Assembly: GCA_018971265.1 (NCBI GenBank)
Contig: JAGXBE010000002.1
Span: 1-39,161, forward strand
DNA: 39,161 nt
Source of the DNA: Patescibacteria group bacterium
GTDB lineage: Bacteria > Patescibacteriota > Minisyncoccia > Phycocordibacterales > Phycocordibacteraceae
Reading direction: 5' to 3'
The position numbers and the translations under genes were made by a program. Under the pieces are notes generated by a model. The model ran no database searches, had not been told where the DNA came from, and was given only the letters and a program-made list of their open reading frames with translations. This document shows, piece after piece, positions 13,276 through 20,929 of this stretch; the first letter of the stretch is position 1, and each line of letters begins with the position of its first letter.

Positions 13276-16200
13276 CTATGCCTCCGGCTCAGGTGGCAGA
13301 TTCAAGGGTTCGACGTCGAGCGCAAGACCGCGAATTTGGTTGGTGAGAACGGCGAACGACGCAGGAGTGCCTGAGTGGCTTATCGGCTCTCCCTTGACGA
13401 TCGCATCGAAGGCCGCGGAGCGACCCTGAATGTCGTCCGATTTGATAGTGAGCATTTCGCGAAGCGTGTACGCAGCGCCATATCCAAGAAGCGCCCATAC
13501 TTCCATTTCGCCGAATCGCTGGCCGCCGTTCTGAGCTTTGCCGCCCAAGGGCTGCTGCGTGATGAGCGAGTACGGACCGATAGAGCGCATATGAATCTTG
13601 TCTTCAACCATGTGGTGCAGCTTAAGCACATACATGTACCCAACCGCGATCTCTTGTGCGAACGGAACGCCCGTGCGGCCGTCATAGAGCCGCATCTTGC
13701 CGCCGCGAGAGAAGCCTGCCTTCTCGAGTTCATCGCGAATTTCGTCTGCAGTCGCTCCGGCAAATGGCGGGACTACTGCCTGGTAACCGAGCGTGTGCGC
13801 CGCAAGACCGAGGTGCATCTCGAGAATTTGTCCAAGGTTCATGCGAGAAGGAACACCGAGCGGGGTAAGCAGAAGATCGACCGGATTGCCGTCTTTGTCG
13901 TACGGCATGTCCTCGACTGGCAGCACTCGACTGATAACGCCCTTGTTGCCGTGGCGTCCTGAAAGCTTGTCGCCGACCGAGACGTTTCTCACCTGAGCGA
14001 CTGTAACCAGTATCTTTTTGATAATGCCGCTCTCGAGCTGGTCTCCTTTTTCTCTGGAGAACACCCGCACGCCGATAACGCGCCCGCGTTTCCCGCCCTC
14101 CATGCGAAGCGAAGTGTCTTTCACGTCCTTGGCCTTGTCGCCGAAAATGGAACGAAGGAGGCGCTCTTCCGGTGTAAGCTGCGTCTCGCCTTTCGGAGTT
14201 ACCTTGCCGACAAGAATGTCGCCGGGACGCACTTCAGCGCCGATGCGGATGACGCCTTCCTCGTCGAGATTCTTCAGCCGCATTTCGCCGACATTCGGGA
14301 TGTCGTGGGTCGTCGTTTCGGGGCCGAGTTTTGTATCACGCACCACACAGTCAAAATCCTCGATGTGTACCGTCGTGAACTTGGCGTCTTCAACGAGACG
14401 TTCTGAAATAACGATGGCGTCCTCGTAATTCGCGCCGTTCCAACTCATAAACGCAACGCGCACGTTTTGGCCAAGGGCGAGCTGGCCGCGGTCGGTCGAT
14501 GAGTTGTCCGCGAGTACGTCGCCCTTCTTTACCTTATCGCCTGCATGCACGCTCGGTCGCTGCATGAACGCTGAATTCTGGTTGGTCTGCGTGAGACCTT
14601 GGAGGCGATATTCTTTTGATTTGCCTTCTTTATTTTTCACGGTTATTTTCCGCGCATCAACCTGTGCGACTTCGCCTGGCTCCTCGGCAAGTACGAGCCG
14701 GCCGGTGTTTCGTGCAGCATGCTCTTCGATACCGGTTGCGACGAGCGGCATTTCGGGAATGAGAACCGGCGTCGCTTGCTTCTGCATGTTTGAACCCATC
14801 AAAGCGCGGTTCGCGTCATCGTGGTTCACGAAAGGAATCATCGAGGTCGCGATGGAAAACATCTGATAGGTTGAGGCATCCATAAGCGTTATCGCTCCGC
14901 GCGCGACGATAATCGGATCTCCTTTATGACGCGCCTCGACGAAATCAGGAACGATATGCCCGTTCCCGTCGAGCTTGGTCGCACCGTGCGCGATGACCTC
15001 GAGCTCCTCGTCGAGCGCATTCAGATACACCACTTCATCGGTCACCTTCCCGTTTTTCACACGGACATAGGGCGTTTCAATGACGCCAAAATCGTTCGTG
15101 CGTGCGTGCGTCGCCATGTGGAGGATAAGACCGATGTTCTGTCCTTCCGGCGTGTGGATGGGGCACAGGCGTCCGTAGTGGGAGGGGTGCACGTCGCGCA
15201 CCTCGAAACCGGCACGCTCACGCGTGAGCCCGCCCGGGCCAAGTGCGGAGAACGTGCGCATGTTTTCAAGCTCCGCAAGAATATTCTGCTGATCCATAAA
15301 CTGCGAGAGCTGGTTGGCGGTGAAGAACTCGTGCACGGAGGCATGGAACGGGCGCGGATTTACGAGCGCCATGGGGAGCGTGGTTTCGCTCTCAATGGTC
15401 GACATGCGGTCCTGGATATTGCGCTTCATGCGGCTCATGCCGACTCGCATGCGCGCCTGAAGGAGCTCACCGACAAAGCGCACGCGCCGGAAGCCAAGAT
15501 GATCGATATCGTCGGGACGAGCGGAAGAATCGGCATTCAGTTTCGTAATCTCCGAAATGATGTGGATGAAATCTGCGAGCGTAAGGATGCGCTTCTCGAG
15601 GGCTTTTTCTGTGGTCGACAGACCGAAACGCGCATTAAGGCGGTGGCGACCGACCTTTCCGAGGTCGTAGCGTTCCGCCGAGAAGAGTGATTGTACAAAG
15701 TTTTTCGCGTTCTCCGGCGTTGCGAGGTCTCCATCGCGCATGCGACGATGGATCTCGATATATGCCTCCTCAACGGACTTTGCCTCGTCATGCGCAAGCG
15801 TTGCCTGCACTGCAGCAAGCGCAAGCGGATCTTTCGTAAAGTGTTTTAAGACGGCTTCGCCAACGCCGCCGCCGAAGACCGTGAGGAGCTCAGTAATCGG
15901 AAATTTGCGCTTTCGGTCGATTTTCACAAAAATCGCACCGTCTGCTTCCGAGTCGATTTCAATCCAAACGCCGCGCAAGGGAATTATTTTCGCGCCGAAA
16001 AAAGGCTTCCCGCGGATGAGTTCAGAAACAAAGAACGCGCCGAAGGAGCGCGCCAGCTGCGGCACGATAGCGCGCTCGACGCCCGAAACGATAAAGGAAC
16101 CATGCGGCGTCATTATCGGCATGTCCGTAAAGAAGATTTCTTGTGATTTTTCCGAGCCGAATGTCTTATTGAGAAGTTTGACGGTAACTCGTACCGGTGC

Positions 16201-16461
16201 TTCGTAGGTACGCATGTTCTCGCGTGCAAACTCTTCGTCGTATTTTGGTTCGCCGATTTCGAAGCTTTCAAACTGAAGCTCGAACTTCTTTCCCGAATAA
16301 TCGGTAATAGGAGAAAACTCTTTAAAGAGCTCTGTAAATCCCTCTTTCATGAGCCAGTCAAACGAGCCGCGCTGGTGTCCGACGAGATCTGGGAACGGGA
16401 CGCGGGGGGCCCGAAATGCGCCGAAGGTCTTTTGGATGAGGTTCTTTTGCATGTGAGACAT
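13276..16461 (-). CDS. rpoB: RNA polymerase beta subunit (compact, 1061 aa)
   Basis: DIDHLG, RDVHPSHYGRLCP, RALMGSNMQ, GDKLSGRHGNKG, GGQRFGEME. Confidence 0.99.
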   Translation of the reverse strand: MSHMQKNLIQKTFGAFRAPRVPFPDLVGHQRGSFDWLMKEGFTELFKEFSPITDYSGKKFELQFESFEIGEPKYDEEFARENMRTYEAPVRVTVKLLNKTFGSEKSQEIFFTDMPIMTPHGSFIVSGVERAIVPQLARSFGAFFVSELIRGKPFFGAKIIPLRGVWIEIDSEADGAIFVKIDRKRKFPITELLTVFGGGVGEAVLKHFTKDPLALAAVQATLAHDEAKSVEEAYIEIHRRMRDGDLATPENAKNFVQSLFSAERYDLGKVGRHRLNARFGLSTTEKALEKRILTLADFIHIISEITKLNADSSARPDDIDHLGFRRVRFVGELLQARMRVGMSRMKRNIQDRMSTIESETTLPMALVNPRPFHASVHEFFTANQLSQFMDQQNILAELENMRTFSALGPGGLTRERAGFEVRDVHPSHYGRLCPIHTPEGQNIGLILHMATHARTNDFGVIETPYVRVKNGKVTDEVVYLNALDEELEVIAHGATKLDGNGHIVPDFVEARHKGDPIIVARGAITLMDASTYQMFSIATSMIPFVNHDDANRALMGSNMQKQATPVLIPEMPLVATGIEEHAARNTGRLVLAEEPGEVAQVDARKITVKNKEGKSKEYRLQGLTQTNQNSAFMQRPSVHAGDKVKKGDVLADNSSTDRGQLALGQNVRVAFMSWNGANYEDAIVISERLVEDAKFTTVHIEDFDCVVRDTKLGPETTTHDIPNVGEMRLKNLDEEGVIRIGAEVRPGDILVGKVTPKGETQLTPEERLLRSIFGDKAKDVKDTSLRMEGGKRGRVIGVRVFSREKGDQLESGIIKKILVTVAQVRNVSVGDKLSGRHGNKGVISRVLPVEDMPYDKDGNPVDLLLTPLGVPSRMNLGQILEMHLGLAAHTLGYQAVVPPFAGATADEIRDELEKAGFSRGGKMRLYDGRTGVPFAQEIAVGYMYVLKLHHMVEDKIHMRSIGPYSLITQQPLGGKAQNGGQRFGEMEVWALLGYGAAYTLREMLTIKSDDIQGRSAAFDAIVKGEPISHSGTPASFAVLTNQIRGLALDVEPLNLPPEPEA

Positions 16462-16630
16462 GTGGGAGTGGCGTGAAGCTACTAAGCTATATAAATGAAA
16501 TACGAACGCACGGACTAAAATCCGCTGTCGCTATCGCGTTCTTTCGGTTCCCGTATTAATCTTTTGCCCCTGGCACTCGACGGCACAATGCTGTATCGCC
16601 CTCCGTTACTCACTCGTATCTGATGCTGCT

Positions 16631-16659
16631 ACTGTACCAGTCGGCGTTCTTTCGTGCAA
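16631..16659 (-). promoter_or_regulatory. Putative sigma70 promoter for rpoB-rpoC-dnaG-rpoD
   Basis: Minus strand TTGCAC-N17-TACAGT, about 170 nt upstream of rpoB. Confidence 0.5.
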
Positions 16660-16689
16660 CCCAAAGAAATGAAGCTGGGGATAAGGATT

Positions 16690-17349
16690 TCAGAGCTTCT
16701 TACGCCAGGTGTCGATGTTCGCATGGTGTCCAGTTTGAAGGACCCTCGGAACACGGTATTTCTTCTTTTTGTATTCAATGGTTTCAGGGCGAGTGTAGAC
16801 GGCGCTTGAGGCGATGCGGCGCTCCTCGACCGACGCGTCTTTGCCGAGCACGCCCGACAGGCGGCGAGTGACGGCGTCTACTATTGCAAGCGCTGGTACT
16901 TCCCCGCCCGTGTACACCGCTTCGCCCACTGCGAATTCTTTCACACTTGCAAGCGTCTTCAGCATTTTCTTCGCACGCTCATCGATACCCTCGTAGCGGC
17001 CGCAGACGAGCGCCACATCGTCATACCTGGCGAGCGCATCGGCGTCTTTGTTCGTGAATTGTTTTCCTGCGGGCGAGAACCAGATGATTATCTGCTTACG
17101 ACGAGATGCTTTGTTTCTCGATTTGAGCGACTTCTCCACTGCGCGCACGACCGGCAGTGCCGTCATCACCATGCCGGGACCGCCGCCATACGGACGCTCG
17201 TCCACCTTTCCCCATTTGTTGTCGACGAAATCGCGGGGGGTCTGATACGTTACGGAAATCTTTTTCTTCTTGCGCGCGCGGCCCACTATCGAGGCCGAGA
17301 GGTATGGCTCGCATGCTTCTTCAAAAAGGGTGATGAGGTGAAATTTCAT
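16690..17349 (-). CDS. trmD: tRNA (guanine37-N1)-methyltransferase
   Basis: ITLF, VDERPYGGGPGMV, SPAGKQF, CGRYEGIDER, YTGGEVPAL, YTRP. Confidence 0.95.
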   Translation of the reverse strand: MKFHLITLFEEACEPYLSASIVGRARKKKKISVTYQTPRDFVDNKWGKVDERPYGGGPGMVMTALPVVRAVEKSLKSRNKASRRKQIIIWFSPAGKQFTNKDADALARYDDVALVCGRYEGIDERAKKMLKTLASVKEFAVGEAVYTGGEVPALAIVDAVTRRLSGVLGKDASVEERRIASSAVYTRPETIEYKKKKYRVPRVLQTGHHANIDTWRKKL

Positions 17350-17379
17350 AGGCGCGTAGATTTTTTATATGCCAAGAGA

Positions 17380-17475
17380 GGCGAGCGATTTCGGAGCCTC
17401 TGCGCAAGAGCGAAGGCGATGAGCAGGAGGAAATTTTCTAGCAAGAAAATATTCCGTGCTCCGAAATCGCTCGCC
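17380..17475 (+). repeat. Structured palindromic element, copy B (intergenic, between khpA and trmD)
   Basis: Perfect 18-bp inverted repeat GGCGAGCGATTTCGGAGC / GCTCCGAAATCGCTCGCC. The core CTCTGCGCA..GAGCAGGAGGAA.TTTTC.AGCA.GAAA.ATTCCGTGC closely matches copy A. Confidence 0.85.
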
Positions 17476-17518
17476 CCGAACGGCATTGTTCGGAAAGCTC
17501 ACCGCACCAAGAGGATGG

Positions 17519-17836
17519 TTACAATTCCTCGACAACCTGCTCGACGGTTTTCATTTCTTGCCCTGCCGGTACGGGCAGATCATGCTTGCCGCCCTTCGGC
17601 TCGTTTATCTTAAGGTTCACGCGCGCATTCCCCTTCATCCCGATAACGCGCAGGAGGATTCGCAGTGCCTCGGCGGTCTTGCCGCTTTTGCCGATAATCT
17701 TGCCCATGTCCTCCGGATGCACTGTAAGCGTGAGCAGTACGCCCATCTGGTCGATGGTACGAGTGGTCTCGACGGATTCTGGATGAGCAGCGAGCGCTTT
17801 CACCGCGTATTCAAGAAATGCTTGGTCTGGTTCCAT
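17519..17836 (-). CDS. khpA: KH-domain RNA-binding protein KhpA (YlqC-like)
   Basis: VHPEDMGKIIGKSGKTAEALR (GxxG); located directly after rpsP. Confidence 0.9.
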   Translation of the reverse strand: MEPDQAFLEYAVKALAAHPESVETTRTIDQMGVLLTLTVHPEDMGKIIGKSGKTAEALRILLRVIGMKGNARVNLKINEPKGGKHDLPVPAGQEMKTVEQVVEEL

Positions 17837-17885
17837 AAAGAAAGATAGAAAGGGGATATGCGGTCCGCAAAGCGGACGGCTAGGA

Positions 17886-18374
17886 TTAAACTGTTTGCGT
17901 CTCTTCGCCTGCGACCGGAACCTCTTCCACGACTAGTTCGGCTTCTGCGGTTGGTGCGGATTCCTCTGTTGGTGCCGGCTCCGCCTCAGCGGTTACCTCT
18001 TCCTCGGTCGGCGCCTCAACTACCGGCTCTACAGCAGCGGCTGCCGCCTTCGCCGCCTCTGCGGCGGCGGCCTCCTCCGCAATCTTTGCCTCATTCTTTT
18101 GCGGCGTCTTCTTCGGGAGCACGTTTACCTTCTCCCCCCTTATGACGCCCTTGTGTACGAGAAGATTGTGGATGGAGTCGGTCAGTTGGGCACCTTTGGC
18201 GATCCATTCTTTCACTCGCGTCTCATCGAGCGTAAGCGCTTTGCTTTTCGGGTTGTAGGTACCGAGCAATTGCACGATGCCGCCCGCTTTTGCTGCGCGC
18301 GCCTTCTCGAGGAGCACAATGCGAAACGCCGGATCATTGGTCCGGCCGATGCGCTGAAATCGAATCATCAACAT
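17886..18374 (-). CDS. rpsP: 30S ribosomal protein S16 with acidic Ala/Glu/Pro C-terminal tail
   Basis: MLMIRFQRIGRTNDPAFRIV..LGTYNP..WIAKGAQ. Confidence 0.95.
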   Translation of the reverse strand: MLMIRFQRIGRTNDPAFRIVLLEKARAAKAGGIVQLLGTYNPKSKALTLDETRVKEWIAKGAQLTDSIHNLLVHKGVIRGEKVNVLPKKTPQKNEAKIAEEAAAAEAAKAAAAAVEPVVEAPTEEEVTAEAEPAPTEESAPTAEAELVVEEVPVAGEETQTV

Positions 18375-18383
18375 AGCAAACAG

Positions 18384-18412
18384 ACAGTACCAGAATTGAC
18401 TAAAAACCGCAA
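18384..18412 (-). promoter_or_regulatory. Putative promoter of rpsP
   Basis: TTGCGG-N17-TACTGT, 9 nt before the ATG. Confidence 0.5.
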
Positions 18413-18536
18413 ACGCCCACCGGCGACTCTATCTTCGAAGACTCGATACAGACGCTCGTTCGGAGAATAAGAATGATTGAAGACATTCATTCTTATTTCC
18501 TCTCTTCGCGCCTGTAGCAGAAGCTTCGTAATATTG

Positions 18537-18624
18537 CTAGCCCCGTTACAAATCTTTTTTACTCGAGAATGGCGCGCAAAATTGTTGTAAATACCCTATT
18601 TACTTTGATTTGTAACGGGGCTAG
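18537..18624. repeat. Perfect 18-bp inverted repeat with 52-bp spacer, overlapping the rnr promoter
   Basis: CTAGCCCCGTTACAAATC (18537-18554) / GATTTGTAACGGGGCTAG (18607-18624). Confidence 0.85.
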
Positions 18625-18627
18625 AGT
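18599..18627 (+). promoter_or_regulatory. Putative promoter of rnr
   Basis: TTTACT-N17-TAGAGT, 7 nt before ATG 18635. Confidence 0.5.
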
Positions 18628-18634
18628 AGCTCAA

Positions 18635-20578
18635 ATGGCGGACGAGCATTTCTATGAAGGTCCGATAACGATGACCCGGAAGGGTTTTGGTTTTTTCTCT
18701 GTCGGCGAAGACCGTGAAGATCTTCTGGTACCGCCCGAGTGGACGAACCATGCACTCTCGGGCGATATCGTCAAAATAGCGGCGGCGGGCAGTTACCGCG
18801 ACCCCTCTGGACGGATGCCGCCGCGAGAGGCTGGAAAGGTGGTTGAAATAGTCTCCCGCGCGCGCGAGACGTTCGTCGGCACGCTCGTCGAAGATGGCGG
18901 GAAAACGCTGCTCGCGCCGGATTATAAAAAGATGTATGTGCCGCTCGAGGTGCGCGACTCCAAGAGCGCCGCGCTCGGCTACAAAGTGCTGGTGCGCATG
19001 CGGGGTTGGGAAGCCGGAGCGCCGTACCCCTGGGGTGTGGTCGAAGAAGTCATCGGCAAAGCGGGCGCACACGAGACCGAGATGCGAGCGCTCGCCTTGG
19101 GCCAGGGCTTCTCAAGCGACTTCCCTCCGGGCGTCGTCAAGGATGCCGAGTACCTGAAAGAACACGGACGCGCGATACTCGAGAAAGAAACGGTGAATCC
19201 GAAGCGACGCGATTTCCGTGACGCTCCCACGTGTACCATCGACCCCTTCGATGCGAAAGACTTCGACGATGCGCTTTCGGTACGCACGCTCGCCGACGGG
19301 AGTATAGAAGTCGGCGTGCATATCGCCGATGTCTCCTTCTTCGTACAAAGCGGGAACGCGCTCGACAAAGAGGCGCGCGAACGGGCGACAAGCGTCTACC
19401 TCGTCGACCGCACCATTCCGATGCTCCCCGAAATCCTTTCAAACGACCTCTGCTCGCTCAACCCCGATCAGGATCGCCTTGCGGTCTCCGCCGTTTTCAC
19501 GCTCGACCGCGATGCAAACGTCACCTCCGAATGGTTCGGCGAGACGGTCATCCATTCCGACAAACGTTTTACGTATGAAAATGCTCAGGAGGTACTCGAC
19601 GCGGGCGCCGGAACCATGCACGACGAACTTTCCCTGCTCCTCGACCTTTCTAAAAAACTCCGCGCACGGCGCCAAGCCAAGGGTGCTGTCGACTTCGACA
19701 CTATGGAGGTGAAGGTGAAGCTCGATGAAAACGGCACGCCGCTGGCGGTTGTGCTCAAAGAGCGCAAGGCGACGAACCTCCTCATTGAGGACTTTATGCT
19801 GCTCGCGAACGAGGCCGTGGCGACGCACCTCGCGAAGCTCACCAAAAACGACGGTCCGCACTTCTCTTCGCTTTATCGAATTCACGATGCGCCGGACGCC
19901 GATCGTATCGAGAATCTCGCGAACCTTCTGCGCGTCATGGGCTACCATTTGAAGATCGCCGGAGGCAAGGTGACGGGAGCGGAGCTCAATAAGCTCCTTG
20001 ATGCGGTGAAGGGCAAACCGGAGGAATATCTTGTGAAGACCGCCACCTTGCGCTCAATGAGCAAGGCGGTGTATGCCACGCGGAACATCGGCCACTTCGG
20101 GCTCGCCTTCGAGTACTACACGCACTTCACCTCGCCTATCCGCCGCTACCCAGACCTCGTCATCCACCGGCTTGTGAAAGCGCATGCCGGCGGCACGTCT
20201 ATCACCGCCGTGGAAATGCAGGAATTCGACGCGCTCGCGCTCCATGCCTCCGAGCGCGAAGTCGCGGCAGCCGACGCCGAGCGCGACTCGGTCAAAATGA
20301 AGCAGGTGGAGTTCCTCGCGGGACGCATCGGCGAAGAGTTCGATGCGGTCATCTCGGGCGTCACCGAACGCGGCCTCTATGTCGAGGAGCAAACGACACG
20401 CGCCGACGGCATGATCCGCATCAAAGACGTCGGCGACGATTATTTTGAATACGATGAGAAACACTATCGGCTGGTGGGCCGCCGTACGAAGAAGGCCTAT
20501 CAGCTCGGCGACCCCATCCGCATAAAGCTTATCGCAGCCCGCGTCACCGAAAAAGAATTGGATTTCGTGCCAATATAA
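18635..20578 (+). CDS. rnr: Ribonuclease R / RNase II family exoribonuclease
   Basis: Cold-shock domain (KGFGF), TIDPFDAKDFDDALS, HIADVS, IEDFMLLAN, HFGLA..YTHFTSPIRRYPDL, C-terminal S1 domain. Confidence 0.95.
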   Translation: MADEHFYEGPITMTRKGFGFFSVGEDREDLLVPPEWTNHALSGDIVKIAAAGSYRDPSGRMPPREAGKVVEIVSRARETFVGTLVEDGGKTLLAPDYKKMYVPLEVRDSKSAALGYKVLVRMRGWEAGAPYPWGVVEEVIGKAGAHETEMRALALGQGFSSDFPPGVVKDAEYLKEHGRAILEKETVNPKRRDFRDAPTCTIDPFDAKDFDDALSVRTLADGSIEVGVHIADVSFFVQSGNALDKEARERATSVYLVDRTIPMLPEILSNDLCSLNPDQDRLAVSAVFTLDRDANVTSEWFGETVIHSDKRFTYENAQEVLDAGAGTMHDELSLLLDLSKKLRARRQAKGAVDFDTMEVKVKLDENGTPLAVVLKERKATNLLIEDFMLLANEAVATHLAKLTKNDGPHFSSLYRIHDAPDADRIENLANLLRVMGYHLKIAGGKVTGAELNKLLDAVKGKPEEYLVKTATLRSMSKAVYATRNIGHFGLAFEYYTHFTSPIRRYPDLVIHRLVKAHAGGTSITAVEMQEFDALALHASEREVAAADAERDSVKMKQVEFLAGRIGEEFDAVISGVTERGLYVEEQTTRADGMIRIKDVGDDYFEYDEKHYRLVGRRTKKAYQLGDPIRIKLIAARVTEKELDFVPI

Positions 20579-20584
20579 AAACAG

Positions 20585-20602
20585 CGCGCCCGAAAGCGCG
20601 CC
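20585..20602. terminator. Hairpin between convergent rnr and the small ORF
   Basis: GCGCGC-CCGAAA-GCGCGC, preceded by an A-tract (U-tract on the minus strand). Confidence 0.45.
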
Positions 20603-20623
20603 GTATGCTTGATCAAGAGATCG

Positions 20624-20851
20624 CTAAATGCCGAGCTGTTCGCGAGTATGCCCGGTGTGTTTTGCGAACTCCTCTTTGAGCTCGTCCGGCAGATTCTTCG
20701 CCGGAAGGCGTCTCAGGTCATGGTGCGGTGAATCGGAAAGCCGGCAGAAAGACCGCATTATTCCCTTTTCGTCCTTCTGGAGCTCATACTCGTAGTCGCC
20801 GATGATTTTATTCGCAACTACGACAACCGGTAGTGCTTGCTCGTTCGCCAT
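20624..20851 (-). CDS. Small hypothetical protein (~75 aa)
   Basis: Fills the smc-rnr gap; GGAG upstream of ATG 20851; natural amino-acid composition. Confidence 0.6.
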   Translation of the reverse strand: MANEQALPVVVVANKIIGDYEYELQKDEKGIMRSFCRLSDSPHHDLRRLPAKNLPDELKEEFAKHTGHTREQLGI

Positions 20852-20929
20852 TTCTGTTCTCCGAGTGCAAGACCTTTGCGCCAACCGCAAAAGCCAAATC
20901 TACTTAATCACAGAAAGTTTTTTCTGCAA

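Noticed and set aside
17085..17130. Short basic insertion in TrmD with a CGAGA/TCTCG hairpin
   Set aside because: The stem is too short to distinguish from chance.
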